This document shows, piece after piece, positions 50,758 to 61,592 of a stretch of DNA of 64,000 nucleotides. The stretch covers positions 393,918 through 457,917 of the forward strand of contig CBDBFU010000012.1 in NCBI GenBank assembly GCA_965205025.1, read 5' to 3'. Position 1 is the stretch's first letter, and each line of letters starts with the position of its first letter. The position numbers and the translations under genes are program-made. The DNA is from Candidatus Poribacteria bacterium (GTDB lineage: Bacteria; Poribacteria; WGA-4E; WGA-3G). The notes under the pieces are model-generated. The model did not search any database, was not told the DNA's origin, and worked only from the letters and a program-made list of their open reading frames with translations.

Positions 50758-52755
50758 TTGCCAAACATGCCAAATGCCCTTTTTGTTTACCCTAAATTCC
50801 CACCATCATATTGGGGATTTAAATATGCCTTAGATTTTCTTGGTAAAAAATCCTCTATGCCACCCTTGGGATTATTAACAATTGCAGGCATGTTTCCAAA
50901 GAATTATAATCTAAAAGTTGTTGATATGAATGTTGAAACACTAACAGATGAACATCTGGAATGGGCAGACGTTACATTAACATCAACAATGATAGTTCAA
51001 AAAGACTCACTTTATGATGTGGTTGAACGGTGTAATCAAACTGGAACTCCAATTATAGCAGGTGGTCCACACCCTACTTCTTACTATGATAACATCAAGG
51101 AAGAATGTAATGGAACAGTAGACCATTTCTTATTCGGAGAAGTAGAAGAGATTTTTGAGGACTTCTTGACTGATTTTGAGAGTGGTACTGCTAATGAAGT
51201 CTATCGTGAAAAAAGAAAACCGGATATATCCATAACACCCCCTCCACGATATGATCTAATTGATATTAATTCCTATGGCTCTATGTCACTACAATTCTCT
51301 CGCGGTTGTCCATTCAATTGTGAATTCTGTGATATAACGAAGTTATTTGGTCGTGTTCCACGAACTAAAAGCAATGAACAAATGCTGTCTGAATTTGAAA
51401 TGTTATATAATTTGGGATGGGATGGTGCAATGTTTGTTGTTGATGACAACTTTATTGGAAACAAACGGGATGCAATGCGTTTACTTCCTGCTGTACAAAA
51501 GTGGCAAGAGGAACGGGATTTTCCATTCGCATTATACACAGAGGCAAGTGTAAACCTTGTTGAAATACCAGAAATGCTTGATGCAATGCATAGTTCTGGA
51601 TTCAATATGGTTTTTCTCGGTATTGAATCACCAAATGATGAAGCCCTAATTAGTACTTCCAAAGGTCAAAATACAAGTAAGAATGAAGATGCAGGAAGTT
51701 ATTTAATGAGGGCAGTCAGAAAAATCCAGGAATCTGGAATTGAAGTCACAGGTGGATTCATAATTGGTCTTGACGGAGATAAGGAATTTGATTCGCATAT
51801 AGACTTTATTCAGGATGCTGGAATACCTATGGCAATGGCAGGTTTATTAACTGCATTAAAGGAAACGGATCTATGGCATCGACTGAAGCAAGAAGATCGA
51901 CTACTGGTTGAATCAACTGGGAATAATACCGATATGAGCCTTAATTTCGTTCCAGAAATGCCACGTGATGAATTAATTAGTGAATATAGACGCGTTATCT
52001 CAACCCTGTATGATCCCACATTAAAAAACTATTTCGCACGGTGTTATAAATTGCTTGAACATATGCCATTTACACCACATAATGTTAGAACTATTAAAAT
52101 GCTTGAATTGCGTGCATTTCTACGATCAATCCGTTATCAGATGTTCTCTAAACAGGGGTATGAATACTTTAAATTCTTGGTTAAAGTAATAAAGAATTAT
52201 CCAAAGATGTTCCCTGAAGCTGTTCGCTTGGCTGTTATGGGATATCATCTTGAAAAAATCACACGTCATACTGTTGCTGTTGAAGAATTTCGAAAGTATC
52301 TATCTGGTGAAATGGATACATTTAAAGAGAAAATTTCACAAGTTCAACCAGTTGAAGATACCAACATGAATGATGTACAAATATACGCTCAGCAATTATT
52401 TTCACAGGTAAAGAATAAGTATAATTCTATTCATGCAGACTTTCAATATGCTGCTCAGGCAGCGATGGATAATTTTCAAAATGATGTCTTTCAAGAATAC
52501 TTACAGGCTGAGTTAATAGTATTTAAAGAGACTGTAAGTTCATTTGCAAAAACACAATCTGAGAGAATCGGTGAGTTACAAACTTATATTGGTAATCTTT
52601 ACACCCGTATACGTCAACAGCATGCACAGCTTCATGATGATTTGAAGAAAAATGTACAGGATGCTATCGATGCATTTCAAGAATCTATTACCCACCATTT
52701 AGAACAACTTTTCGGTTCAATTCCAGTCCCAATTGAAGAATTGCAGTATAATTAA
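50758..52755 (+). CDS. B12-binding radical SAM protein (DUF4070-type) with C-terminal helical extension
   Basis: PPLGLLTIA, GGPHPT, SRGCPFNCEFC. Confidence 0.9.
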   Translation: MPNMPNALFVYPKFPPSYWGFKYALDFLGKKSSMPPLGLLTIAGMFPKNYNLKVVDMNVETLTDEHLEWADVTLTSTMIVQKDSLYDVVERCNQTGTPIIAGGPHPTSYYDNIKEECNGTVDHFLFGEVEEIFEDFLTDFESGTANEVYREKRKPDISITPPPRYDLIDINSYGSMSLQFSRGCPFNCEFCDITKLFGRVPRTKSNEQMLSEFEMLYNLGWDGAMFVVDDNFIGNKRDAMRLLPAVQKWQEERDFPFALYTEASVNLVEIPEMLDAMHSSGFNMVFLGIESPNDEALISTSKGQNTSKNEDAGSYLMRAVRKIQESGIEVTGGFIIGLDGDKEFDSHIDFIQDAGIPMAMAGLLTALKETDLWHRLKQEDRLLVESTGNNTDMSLNFVPEMPRDELISEYRRVISTLYDPTLKNYFARCYKLLEHMPFTPHNVRTIKMLELRAFLRSIRYQMFSKQGYEYFKFLVKVIKNYPKMFPEAVRLAVMGYHLEKITRHTVAVEEFRKYLSGEMDTFKEKISQVQPVEDTNMNDVQIYAQQLFSQVKNKYNSIHADFQYAAQAAMDNFQNDVFQEYLQAELIVFKETVSSFAKTQSERIGELQTYIGNLYTRIRQQHAQLHDDLKKNVQDAIDAFQESITHHLEQLFGSIPVPIEELQYN

Positions 52756-52770
52756 AAAGAATCAATCTCT

Positions 52771-54297
52771 ATGGTGTCAATTCAGATAGAGAATCTTTCT
52801 TTCACCTATCCGAGTCGAAATACACCTACATTAAATGGTATAAACGCAGAGATTTCTCCTGGTGAGTTTATACTCCTAACTGGACCAACTGGATGTGGTA
52901 AAACCACATTCCTTAGAGCTCTTAATGGTTTGATTCCACATTCCTCAACTGGAATCTATTCAGGTTCAGTTACAATTGATGATATAAATATCTCAAGACA
53001 ACCGCTTACCACTACATGTCAACAGATATCTCTCCTATTCCAAAACCCCGACGATCAACTCTTTTGTACACTTGTTGAGGATGAAATTGCATTTGGACTT
53101 GAAAATCTTGGGTTTCCATCCGATGAAATAAACCAACGCATCAAAACTGCTTTAGACGAAGTAGGTTTATCAGAGTTTAGAGGACGAAAAATTGACGAAC
53201 TCTCTGGTGGAGAGAGACAACGCGTAGCGTTGGCTTCTATTTGTGCAATGGAACCTAAGGTTTTACTCTTGGATGAACCAACAAGTCATTTAGATCCTAA
53301 AGCAATCCATGAGATATTAGAGATAGTAAAAAAATTAAATAGAGAAAAAGGTATAACTGTTGTTCTGGCATCACACCAAGTTAAACAAATCTTACCATAT
53401 TTTACTCGTATGTGGTTAATGGATGCAGGTCAAATTGTGCTGGATCTACCAAAGGTAAAGGCATTCCTTGATCTGACTCCATTTCAAAAACTTGGTGTTC
53501 AAATTCCAAATGCTGATGAAAGATTAAATAATGTTAATAAAGTTGACATTCATTCATCATCTAAAAAGGAAATTATCCTTAAGGTCGAAGATCTGTGTTT
53601 CAAATACAATAAAGAAGAAGAAAATGTTATTAATTCAATAGATTGTAATATCTCAAAAGGTGAGATAGTCTCAATTATGGGGGCAAACGGTTCTGGAAAA
53701 ACAACTTTCCTACAACTTATAGGCGGATTATTAACGCCAATATCAGGTAAGGTTATATTAAACGAAGAAAATATCTCTACTATGAAATTATACCAATTAG
53801 TTGGAAAGGTTGGAATTGTATTTCAGAATCCTGATCTAATTTTACAAGCCGAAACTGTAAGGGATGAGGTGGGTTTTGGATTAAAAAATGTCAAGTTGAA
53901 ATCTCCAATAAAAAATAACCGTTTAGAAGATATGCTAATCCGTTTTAAACTGAAAGATTTGGAGGAAGAAGCTCCATTTTCACTATCACGTGGACAACGC
54001 CAACGTGTAGCTGTTGCATCCACATTTTCTTTACTACCAGATCTTTTTCTTCTTGATGAACCTACTACTGGTCAAGATGCACAACACCTTAGACATCTGA
54101 TGGATGGACTCTGTGAGGAAATTAGAAGAGAAAAGAAGACTCTCATTTTTGCTACACATAATTCTGACATAACCTTAGAATATGCTGACCGTCTTATCTT
54201 GCTGTGTAACGGTAAAATTGTTTATGATGGTATACCTAAAGTTGCTTTTGATGATTTTGACTTATTAAAAGAGACATCATTACAGTTTGAAGAATAG
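52771..54297 (+). CDS. ECF transporter ATPase with two fused ABC domains
   Basis: GPTGCGKT and GANGSGKT; FQNPD; LSGGE and LSRGQ; LDEPT twice. Confidence 0.9.
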   Translation: MVSIQIENLSFTYPSRNTPTLNGINAEISPGEFILLTGPTGCGKTTFLRALNGLIPHSSTGIYSGSVTIDDINISRQPLTTTCQQISLLFQNPDDQLFCTLVEDEIAFGLENLGFPSDEINQRIKTALDEVGLSEFRGRKIDELSGGERQRVALASICAMEPKVLLLDEPTSHLDPKAIHEILEIVKKLNREKGITVVLASHQVKQILPYFTRMWLMDAGQIVLDLPKVKAFLDLTPFQKLGVQIPNADERLNNVNKVDIHSSSKKEIILKVEDLCFKYNKEEENVINSIDCNISKGEIVSIMGANGSGKTTFLQLIGGLLTPISGKVILNEENISTMKLYQLVGKVGIVFQNPDLILQAETVRDEVGFGLKNVKLKSPIKNNRLEDMLIRFKLKDLEEEAPFSLSRGQRQRVAVASTFSLLPDLFLLDEPTTGQDAQHLRHLMDGLCEEIRREKKTLIFATHNSDITLEYADRLILLCNGKIVYDGIPKVAFDDFDLLKETSLQFEE

Positions 54298-54693
54298 TCG
54301 TACTTCCTTACATCATGACTTGACGAGTAATGCCATTTTCATCCGTGCAGCTCCTATACGACTTATCGCATTTGATATTGGCTGTGTCCTATCCTAACCC
54401 GTGGAAAGGTTAGTGGCAAGTTGCAAGTGATACCTTCGTAAAACATGTATCGGTAGCAGTACATAAGTTCAGGAGACGGGTGAAAGCCGTCATGCAGAAT
54501 CACTGCTAACACACTTTTCTTATTCAGGCAGGGATAGCCGTGAAATTTTGTCACACCATATGTCCTTACCCACTTTTTCAAGATATTGGGAATTGCCTCT
54601 TGGTGGACCGATAAATAAGACGGTGACCACTATGAGAAAACAGCAGTCGCTACGAAGCCGAAACCCCAACATTTAGTTTGTGGGTGCTATCAC
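54298..54693 (+). mobile_element. Stem-loop-rich non-coding segment ending in an IS200/IS605 (tnpB-type) right end
   Basis: TAAGAC...GCAGTCGCTACGAAGCCGAAACCCCAACATTTAGTTTGTGGGTGCTATCAC; possible TnpB tail remnant GIASWWTDK at 54589; left boundary uncertain. Confidence 0.5.
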
Positions 54694-55505
54694 CGTAACT
54701 CCTCCTTGAATTCAGCGATCAATTGCTCTATTAAATCGTAATCCATGTGCTTACGATTACGGCGTTGGCGCAGTTCGGGTGTTATACCCAATTCGAGGTA
54801 CGCCTCGGCTACTTTTGCATCGTATGCCCTGAGTCCTTCTGCCTCTGAAGGTTCTTCTGTGAGACCATTCCAAACGACATCTATCGTTCCCGTAAAGATC
54901 GGACCCTGTCCATTCGATTTGAGTGCTTCTAATCGTTCCCGTGCCATCTCAACCACTTCAGGTGGAATATTTCTGGTTTCTATGACGTTATGATGTGTCA
55001 TCCCCCAGAGTGCCTGATAGAGTTTCCAATCTTTTTCACTCAAATACAAGACATCGAAACCTTGACGCGAATGGAGTCCAACCATATACACACCATACTT
55101 GAGGAGCTCAATACTCCCATCTTGATTCATGATGTATGTATACCCCGCAGGTGGCGGTTCAAGCCCGAGTGAACGATAGAATTCTTCTCTCTCTGTCTCA
55201 GAAATCTTAACATCAGACGCAAAATCTTTCAATTCCTTAGCACTCAGTGAAGTTTCTATTTCTGGCGTATCTAATGGAGCGGGGTGGTGCACGCCATCAA
55301 TGCGGGGATCTCCACTTTCTGAAGTACCCGCCCTTGCGGCTTTCAGTCTCTCATTGTAAGCCGTAACGCGTCTACGTGCTTCAGCAAGCTCTTCTGTCCC
55401 TTGATGCTTCACATGCTGTAAATATAGTAGACTCCCACCAACGCAGAGAACAAAGAACGCCAACGCAGCAAGAAATAGGCGGCTGCTAAAAAGGTCTTTC
55501 AACAT
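54690..55505 (-). CDS. N-terminally anchored hypothetical protein
   Basis: RBS AAGGAG; MLKDLFSSRLFLAALAFFVLCVGGSLLY; visibly GC-richer than its neighbours. Confidence 0.75.
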   Translation of the reverse strand: MLKDLFSSRLFLAALAFFVLCVGGSLLYLQHVKHQGTEELAEARRRVTAYNERLKAARAGTSESGDPRIDGVHHPAPLDTPEIETSLSAKELKDFASDVKISETEREEFYRSLGLEPPPAGYTYIMNQDGSIELLKYGVYMVGLHSRQGFDVLYLSEKDWKLYQALWGMTHHNVIETRNIPPEVVEMARERLEALKSNGQGPIFTGTIDVVWNGLTEEPSEAEGLRAYDAKVAEAYLELGITPELRQRRNRKHMDYDLIEQLIAEFKEELR

Positions 55506-55740
55506 GGTAAAGACTCCTTATTCTTAAGGTATAGTTCAAGGATCAGCGAAATCAAATTTGCCAATAACCCTAATCAATAAAGAAAGCATAACACATGCAA
55601 AAAAAATATCAAACTTTTTCTTAACTATTTTCGAGAGATTTTATTATCCTCATAATTAATAATCATTTGATATAGAGAAATACATTGAATTGTCCGAGAT
55701 ATCAAGCAACCCAATACATCAAAAATGATTTCGTAAATAA

Positions 55741-55974
55741 TACCATTTCTAATTGAAAATATCTCTTATTTGTACCACAAACTTTATGAGGATTAAGTTT
55801 TAAATTCGGTAATCCCATTTACACAAACTTGGTAGGTTCGGTTTCCTAACCACGGGGAATGCTAAATAGCATTCATACCGTTGATTCGAATTTCTAACAC
55901 ATTACCGAATTATTATTTTAATCTTCATTCAGTTTGTGACCTGAAAATGACTACCATAATAACCGCCTAATGAA
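55741..55974. mobile_element. Composite MITE, right end truncated
   Basis: TACCATTTCT left end > IS630-derived MITE 55786-55928 > REP > 33-bp insert 55854-55886. Confidence 0.7.
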
Positions 55975-56561
55975 CGCTATTTCGAACCTATTTCAAGTCT
56001 CAACGAATACTGCGCTGAATGGATACCCACTTTTGCTAAGAACCTTGGACATTGTATTGGGTGTGTAAAGTTTATGACATTAACAAGCATTAAATGAAAC
56101 GGATTCTAACATTTTTATAAAAATTATAAAATAAATGAAGAAAATACCCACTACTAACAACTAACATACATATATCACAAAAACGCAAAAACATTTTAAT
56201 AATATTTGTCAAAATATAAATAAAATCAAGGGTTAGAATTCAAACTAAAAACCAACAACTAAAAACCAATGACTATCTATAAAAACGATCCTAATTACAA
56301 AGCTTCATATACGTCATAAAAACATACTGTTTTTATGGTAGAGAATGTCAAAATCAGAAAGAACAAAAAGAACACAAAATCACACATTTTAGAAATTCTT
56401 ATAAATCAAATTCAAAGTAGGGTGAAACCAGTCTATGACAGGGGTTACAGGGGGGATTTACACCAATTTCAATGTCACACCGTGTGACAAAAAGTGTAAC
56501 TTTTTTCCTATTTTCGACGCATAGAGTAAGGCAACAACAATACGATATACTGTCTGAGTAT

Positions 56562-56635
56562 TTAGGATTAAATGTCTGTTTTTATTCCTTATTCTTTGTC
56601 CGTATATTAGGATTAAATGTCTGTTTTTATTCCTT
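56562..56635 (+). repeat. Two 29-bp direct repeats with a 16-nt spacer
   Basis: TTAGGATTAAATGTCTGTTTTTATTCCTT at 56562 and 56607. Confidence 0.8.
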
Positions 56636-56677
56636 TTTAACAATACACAAGAAAAGGAAATTCAGGCTAAAAACTTA

Positions 56678-56790
56678 TACCATTTCTAATTGAAAAGGTC
56701 TCTTTTTTGTACCACAAAATTTCAGTTTGTGACCTGAAAAATGACTACTATAATAACCGCCTAATGAGACTATAATTTATAGAAATGGTA
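56678..56790. mobile_element. Empty (un-nested) TACCATTTCT MITE
   Basis: TIR TACCATTTCTA / TAGAAATGGTA with TTA duplication; central CACAAAAT-TTC-AGTTTGTG uninterrupted. Confidence 0.78.
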
Positions 56791-56845
56791 TTACATACCC
56801 TTACTTACATGTAATCTTGATAAAAAGTCTTATATCAACTACAAT

Positions 56846-57871
56846 GTGAATGTGTATACTATTGAAAAATTCTCATTACAAAACCCTCAAGAATGGGATT
56901 ACCTTATGCTAAGATGTCCGGATTCTGCTGCATTTCATAGTATTGTTTGGATGGATTCCCTTAATAGTTCATTTAAGCAACTTAGCCCGTTATATCTACT
57001 TATAAAACAGGGCGAAACAATTATTGGTGGTATTCCTTCATTTGTGTTTGAACCAATTCCTGGAATTAAGTTGTGGAATTCAATGCCGTGGAATTTAGTG
57101 GGGGGTCCTCAGATTGCAAATTCTGTTGAGGTGAATAATACATCCCTAATCTCTACTATGCACGAATATATCAGCAGCATATCAAGAGCAAATGGATGGT
57201 GTGAACTCTCTTGGACATTATCCGGGACTTATTTCGATAAGAACAAGAATCCTTTGACTGAAATGGGTTATGAGTGTACAGAAAGGTTCACACATATCCT
57301 AAATACGAATACCAATATAGATTCTATTTGGAATGCATATAATAAGAGGGTTAGAGGAGCTGTAAGGAAAGCAGAGAAATCTGGAGTAGAAGTCAGTGAT
57401 ACCGATAGCGAAGATGACTTATCATCATTTTATGACATGTATATTAAAACCGTCAAGAGATTGGGAGGAACACCTAAACCTTTGGCACTAATGACAGCAT
57501 TATTAAATAAAGGTATTGCGAAACTCGCTATTGCCAAATATTCAGATACAGTGATCGCAGGATTACTTTATCTATACTTCAACAAGACTGTCACCTTATG
57601 GTGTGAAGCCTCAATACCAGAATACTTGAACTACCGTCCTAATAACGCTATTTTCCATCACATCATCCAATTGGCTTGTCGAGAAGGTTATGAATATGTT
57701 GATTTTGGTGCATCACCACCTGAAAATGAGGGATTAATCGCACACAAGGAGCAATACCGCGCAATCAAGACCGATTTCTATAGTTATACAAAAGTAATTT
57801 CACCATTTAAGAGATCTATATGGACTTACAGTGAGAATTCACTTCGGAAGATATATTCGTGGATGCAATAA
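56846..57871 (+). CDS. GNAT/FemAB-like acyltransferase
   Basis: R.AVRKAEKSGV, YRPNNAI, VDFGAS, HKEQY. Confidence 0.8.
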   Translation: MNVYTIEKFSLQNPQEWDYLMLRCPDSAAFHSIVWMDSLNSSFKQLSPLYLLIKQGETIIGGIPSFVFEPIPGIKLWNSMPWNLVGGPQIANSVEVNNTSLISTMHEYISSISRANGWCELSWTLSGTYFDKNKNPLTEMGYECTERFTHILNTNTNIDSIWNAYNKRVRGAVRKAEKSGVEVSDTDSEDDLSSFYDMYIKTVKRLGGTPKPLALMTALLNKGIAKLAIAKYSDTVIAGLLYLYFNKTVTLWCEASIPEYLNYRPNNAIFHHIIQLACREGYEYVDFGASPPENEGLIAHKEQYRAIKTDFYSYTKVISPFKRSIWTYSENSLRKIYSWMQ

Positions 57872-57896
57872 TACACAGACATTAATAGGAGAAAGA

Positions 57897-59249
57897 ATGG
57901 AACGTAAACCAAATTTAGTTTTTGTTTTTGGTGACCAACATCGTCAGTGTGACGTAGGATGTGCAGGAAATCCGCAGGTGCAGACCCCAGCTATGGATCA
58001 ATTGGCACAAGAAGGAATGTATTTTCCAAATACTTTCACTAATGTTCCTATATGTGTCCCCGCACGTGGATGCCTTATGACTGGTAAATACCCCTTAACT
58101 CATAAAGCCGTTTCTAATGATCTTCCGTTACCATTATCAGAAACAGGTATTGCCGAGATCTTCAAGGATGATGGTTATGCTACTGGATACATAGGGAAAT
58201 GGCATCTTGGTGGAGTACCCAGAAATAAGACCATCACTCATGAAATGCGATTCGGTTTCGACCATTGGGTGGGTTGGAATTGCCATCATAACTATTTTAA
58301 TGCACCGTATCACGATTCTGATGGAAATCAATTCAAAATTGATGGTTACGAACCCGATTTTCAGACTGATAGGGCAATTGAATACTGTAACGACCATGCG
58401 GATGAACCATTTTGCCTATATTTGAGTTGGGGACCACCCCATAATCCGTATGAGCATGTACCTGATCATTACAAAGAGATGTATCCACCGGATGAGATTC
58501 AATTACGTCCGAATGCAGTTGATACACCAAACACAAGAAGAGATCTATCAGGTTACTATGCACACATCACTGCATTGGATGAAAACCTTGGTAAACTGAT
58601 GAATGCCCTTGATGAGATTGGAATAGCTGATAATACAATCCTTGTTTATACATCTGACCACGGAGACATGTTAGGAAGTCATGGACATGTGAGGAAGGAA
58701 AGACCTTGGGATGAATCAAGCCGTATCCCTTTTATGATTAGATATCCCAGAAGAATTCCAGCAGGTGTTACGCGTGAAACATTATTATCCCTTGTTGATT
58801 TTATGCCATCCATGCTTTCCTTATGTGGTTTACCTATTCCAGATGGTGTTGAAGGTATAGATCTATCCGATGCAATGCTTGGTAAGACAATTGATGAACC
58901 TGAATCAGTTCTCTTAGGAGTACCACTACATGGGGGTGAAGGTAATAATTGGGGTTTACAGGAATGGCGAGGTATTCGAACTCATCAACACACTTATGCA
59001 CGACAATTTGACGGAACAGGTTGGTTGCTATATGATAACGATTCCGACCCATATCAAATGAACAATCTCATTGACGATAACAATTCACAAGCAATTCGAG
59101 AAGAATTAGAGGCAAAATTACAGCAGTGGTTAACCCGAACAAATGATCCGTTTCTACCCGGTTTAGATCATATTAGAGAACTTGGTTTATCAGAATTATG
59201 GAACACGAGTGAAGAACATCTGGGTGGTAAAAAACCTCGTTGGGCATGA
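57897..59249 (+). CDS. Sulfatase (Cys-type formylglycine)
   Basis: KPNLVFVFGDQ, CVPARG..MTG, GYIGKWHL, TSDHG; ATG after AGGAG. Confidence 0.92.
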   Translation: MERKPNLVFVFGDQHRQCDVGCAGNPQVQTPAMDQLAQEGMYFPNTFTNVPICVPARGCLMTGKYPLTHKAVSNDLPLPLSETGIAEIFKDDGYATGYIGKWHLGGVPRNKTITHEMRFGFDHWVGWNCHHNYFNAPYHDSDGNQFKIDGYEPDFQTDRAIEYCNDHADEPFCLYLSWGPPHNPYEHVPDHYKEMYPPDEIQLRPNAVDTPNTRRDLSGYYAHITALDENLGKLMNALDEIGIADNTILVYTSDHGDMLGSHGHVRKERPWDESSRIPFMIRYPRRIPAGVTRETLLSLVDFMPSMLSLCGLPIPDGVEGIDLSDAMLGKTIDEPESVLLGVPLHGGEGNNWGLQEWRGIRTHQHTYARQFDGTGWLLYDNDSDPYQMNNLIDDNNSQAIREELEAKLQQWLTRTNDPFLPGLDHIRELGLSELWNTSEEHLGGKKPRWA

Positions 59250-59257
59250 AGGAATAT

Positions 59258-60655
59258 ATGAAAAAACGGGTGATGGTGATCGGATGGGATTGTGCTGCTC
59301 CTGAACTTGTCTTTGAGGCATTCAAAGATGACATGCCAAATACACACCATCTTATGTCAGAGGGGATTTATGGTGAACTAAAAAGCACAATACCTCCCAT
59401 CACAGTTCCGGCATGGATGTGTATGATGACCAGTCGTGATCCTGGTGAAATAGGCGTCTACGGTTTCCGAAATCGTAAGGATTATTCCTATAACGCCCTA
59501 TCCATTGCTAACTCGCATGCAGTGAAAGTTCCTACATTATGGGATTTACTTGGACAAGAGCAAAAACGTTCAGTTGTCTTAGGAGTTCCACTGACCTATC
59601 CTGCAAAACCATTTCCTGGATGGATGGTTACCAGTTTTCTTACGCCGGGTGATCTCAAATCTCCAATGACTCAATCCAACCTACAATGTACATTCCCACC
59701 AAGATTGTCTCGTGAGATAATGCAAAATGCACCAGAATACATGATTGATATACCCAATTATCGTACTGATGATAGAGAGGAATTGGAAGAATCACTAATA
59801 AAGATGACCCGCGAACGGTTCAAGTTAGCACGGTATCTTGTTGAGAAAAAAGCTTGGGATTTCTTCATCATGGTAGAAATGGGTTCGGATAGGTTACACC
59901 ATGCCTTTTGGCGTTATTGGGATAGAACACATCCCAAATATGAACCAAATTCAAAATTTACTGACACAATGCGAAATTACTACAGATTACTGGACGAAGA
60001 ACTGGGATCGATATTATCCTTTGTTGACAACGATACAACTGTTTTCGTAGTATCGGATCACGGAGCAAAAAAGATGGATGGTGGGATCTGTGTTAATGAA
60101 TGGTTACGAAAACATGGATATCTTACATTGAAAAGTGAACCACAAGAAATCACTCCTTGTATACCTGAGATGATAGATTGGGAGAATACGAAAGCATGGG
60201 GTGAAGGGGGTTATTATGGTAGGATCTTTATTAACCTTACTGGTAGAGAACCCCAAGGGATTGTTAGTTTAGAAGAATATGAGTCTGTTCGAGACGAATT
60301 AAAGGAGCAGCTTGAAGCAATCGTTGACGAATCAGGTGAGAATATTAATACACGCGTTTTTAAACCTGAGGAAGTATATCGTCAGTGCAATAATATTGCT
60401 CCGGATCTGATAGTATACTTTGGTGATTTGTATTGGCGTTCAGTGGGGAGTGTTGGCTATAATAGTATCTATACCTATGAGAACGATACTGGACCTGATG
60501 ATTGTAACCATGCTGAGATGGGTATGTTTATTCTAAGGAATGGTGAACATACACATGGAATTGTTCCAACAAAAAGCATATATGATATTGCTCCGACGAT
60601 ACTAAAGGAATTTGGCATGAATATACCTAATGAAATGCAGGGTGAACCCATTTAA
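59258..60655 (+). CDS. Alkaline phosphatase superfamily / type I phosphodiesterase
   Basis: IGWDCA, STIPPITVPAW, DRLHH, VSDHG. Confidence 0.85.
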   Translation: MKKRVMVIGWDCAAPELVFEAFKDDMPNTHHLMSEGIYGELKSTIPPITVPAWMCMMTSRDPGEIGVYGFRNRKDYSYNALSIANSHAVKVPTLWDLLGQEQKRSVVLGVPLTYPAKPFPGWMVTSFLTPGDLKSPMTQSNLQCTFPPRLSREIMQNAPEYMIDIPNYRTDDREELEESLIKMTRERFKLARYLVEKKAWDFFIMVEMGSDRLHHAFWRYWDRTHPKYEPNSKFTDTMRNYYRLLDEELGSILSFVDNDTTVFVVSDHGAKKMDGGICVNEWLRKHGYLTLKSEPQEITPCIPEMIDWENTKAWGEGGYYGRIFINLTGREPQGIVSLEEYESVRDELKEQLEAIVDESGENINTRVFKPEEVYRQCNNIAPDLIVYFGDLYWRSVGSVGYNSIYTYENDTGPDDCNHAEMGMFILRNGEHTHGIVPTKSIYDIAPTILKEFGMNIPNEMQGEPI

Positions 60656-61578
60656 CTGGAGTTACCTGCTACGACTGCATTGACAATTGAGTCTGCGACA
60701 ACTTCTGCAGCAAGTATTCCTATAGTATTTACGTTACTCTCTTTATGTTTACCTGTAGCAAGAGTAAACAGGGTATCCCCATCAAACATAGTATGTGAGG
60801 GTCGGATTGCACGTGCCATTCCATCGTGAGCCATCTCGGAAACACGGGTTGCTTCAGCGACTGTCAGTTTGGCATTTGTTGCGACGACACCGATAGTGGT
60901 ATTTGTCCCAGGAATAATATCTGCATCTAAAAGTCGTTCAGTTATATCCACATACCTACCGTCTTCTATACCACCAGCGATTATCTCACCTGTCTTAGGA
61001 TTTACTACATTCCCAAGAGCATTTACAACAGTAATAGCAGCAACAATTAAACCATTTTCAAGACGTATACATGCAGAACCAACTCCACCTTTTGATGGTT
61101 CTACACCTGCAGCTTTTCCGATAGTTGCCCCAGTTCCCGCACCGATAGTTCCCATCAAGACAGGAGTATCATTGGCATTAATACATGCTTGATACCCCAT
61201 ATCTTTGTCTGGACGTGTCTTTGCATCCCCAATATGTAAGTCAAATATGACTGCTGTTGGAACAATAGGTACACGCACGGAACCAGCTGGAAAACCGATA
61301 TTTTGTTCTTCCAGGTATTGGACAACACCACTGGTAGCATCAAGACCGAATGCGCTGCCACCTGTCAGTAAAATGGCATGAACTTCTTGAATTAATCTTC
61401 CTGGTTGTATTGCATCCGTCTCCCGTGTACCCGGGGCAGCACCACGCACATCCACACCGGCTGTTGTTCCTTCAGGACAAAGTATCACAGTACAACCAGT
61501 TTTTGCGGATATATTGGTTGCATGACCTACACAGATACCATCTATAGCAGTGATCGTATGATTTCTTGGTGTCTTCAT
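60652..61578 (-). CDS. P1 (DmpA/S58) family peptidase
   Basis: GAAPGTRET, LTGGSAFGL, GAGTGA, NTTIGVVATNA, FDGDT. Confidence 0.9.
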   Translation of the reverse strand: MKTPRNHTITAIDGICVGHATNISAKTGCTVILCPEGTTAGVDVRGAAPGTRETDAIQPGRLIQEVHAILLTGGSAFGLDATSGVVQYLEEQNIGFPAGSVRVPIVPTAVIFDLHIGDAKTRPDKDMGYQACINANDTPVLMGTIGAGTGATIGKAAGVEPSKGGVGSACIRLENGLIVAAITVVNALGNVVNPKTGEIIAGGIEDGRYVDITERLLDADIIPGTNTTIGVVATNAKLTVAEATRVSEMAHDGMARAIRPSHTMFDGDTLFTLATGKHKESNVNTIGILAAEVVADSIVNAVVAGNSS

Positions 61579-61592
61579 AGACCTTAGAATTA

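Noticed and set aside
54298-54600. Group I intron (IStron), cobalamin riboswitch or RNase P RNA
   Set aside because: Only short look-alike words (GTTCAGGAGAC, AAGATA); no consistent P7 pairing, full B12 core or GAGGAAAGTCC
56562-56635. Mini CRISPR array
   Set aside because: Only two repeats, a 16-nt spacer, and no cas genes
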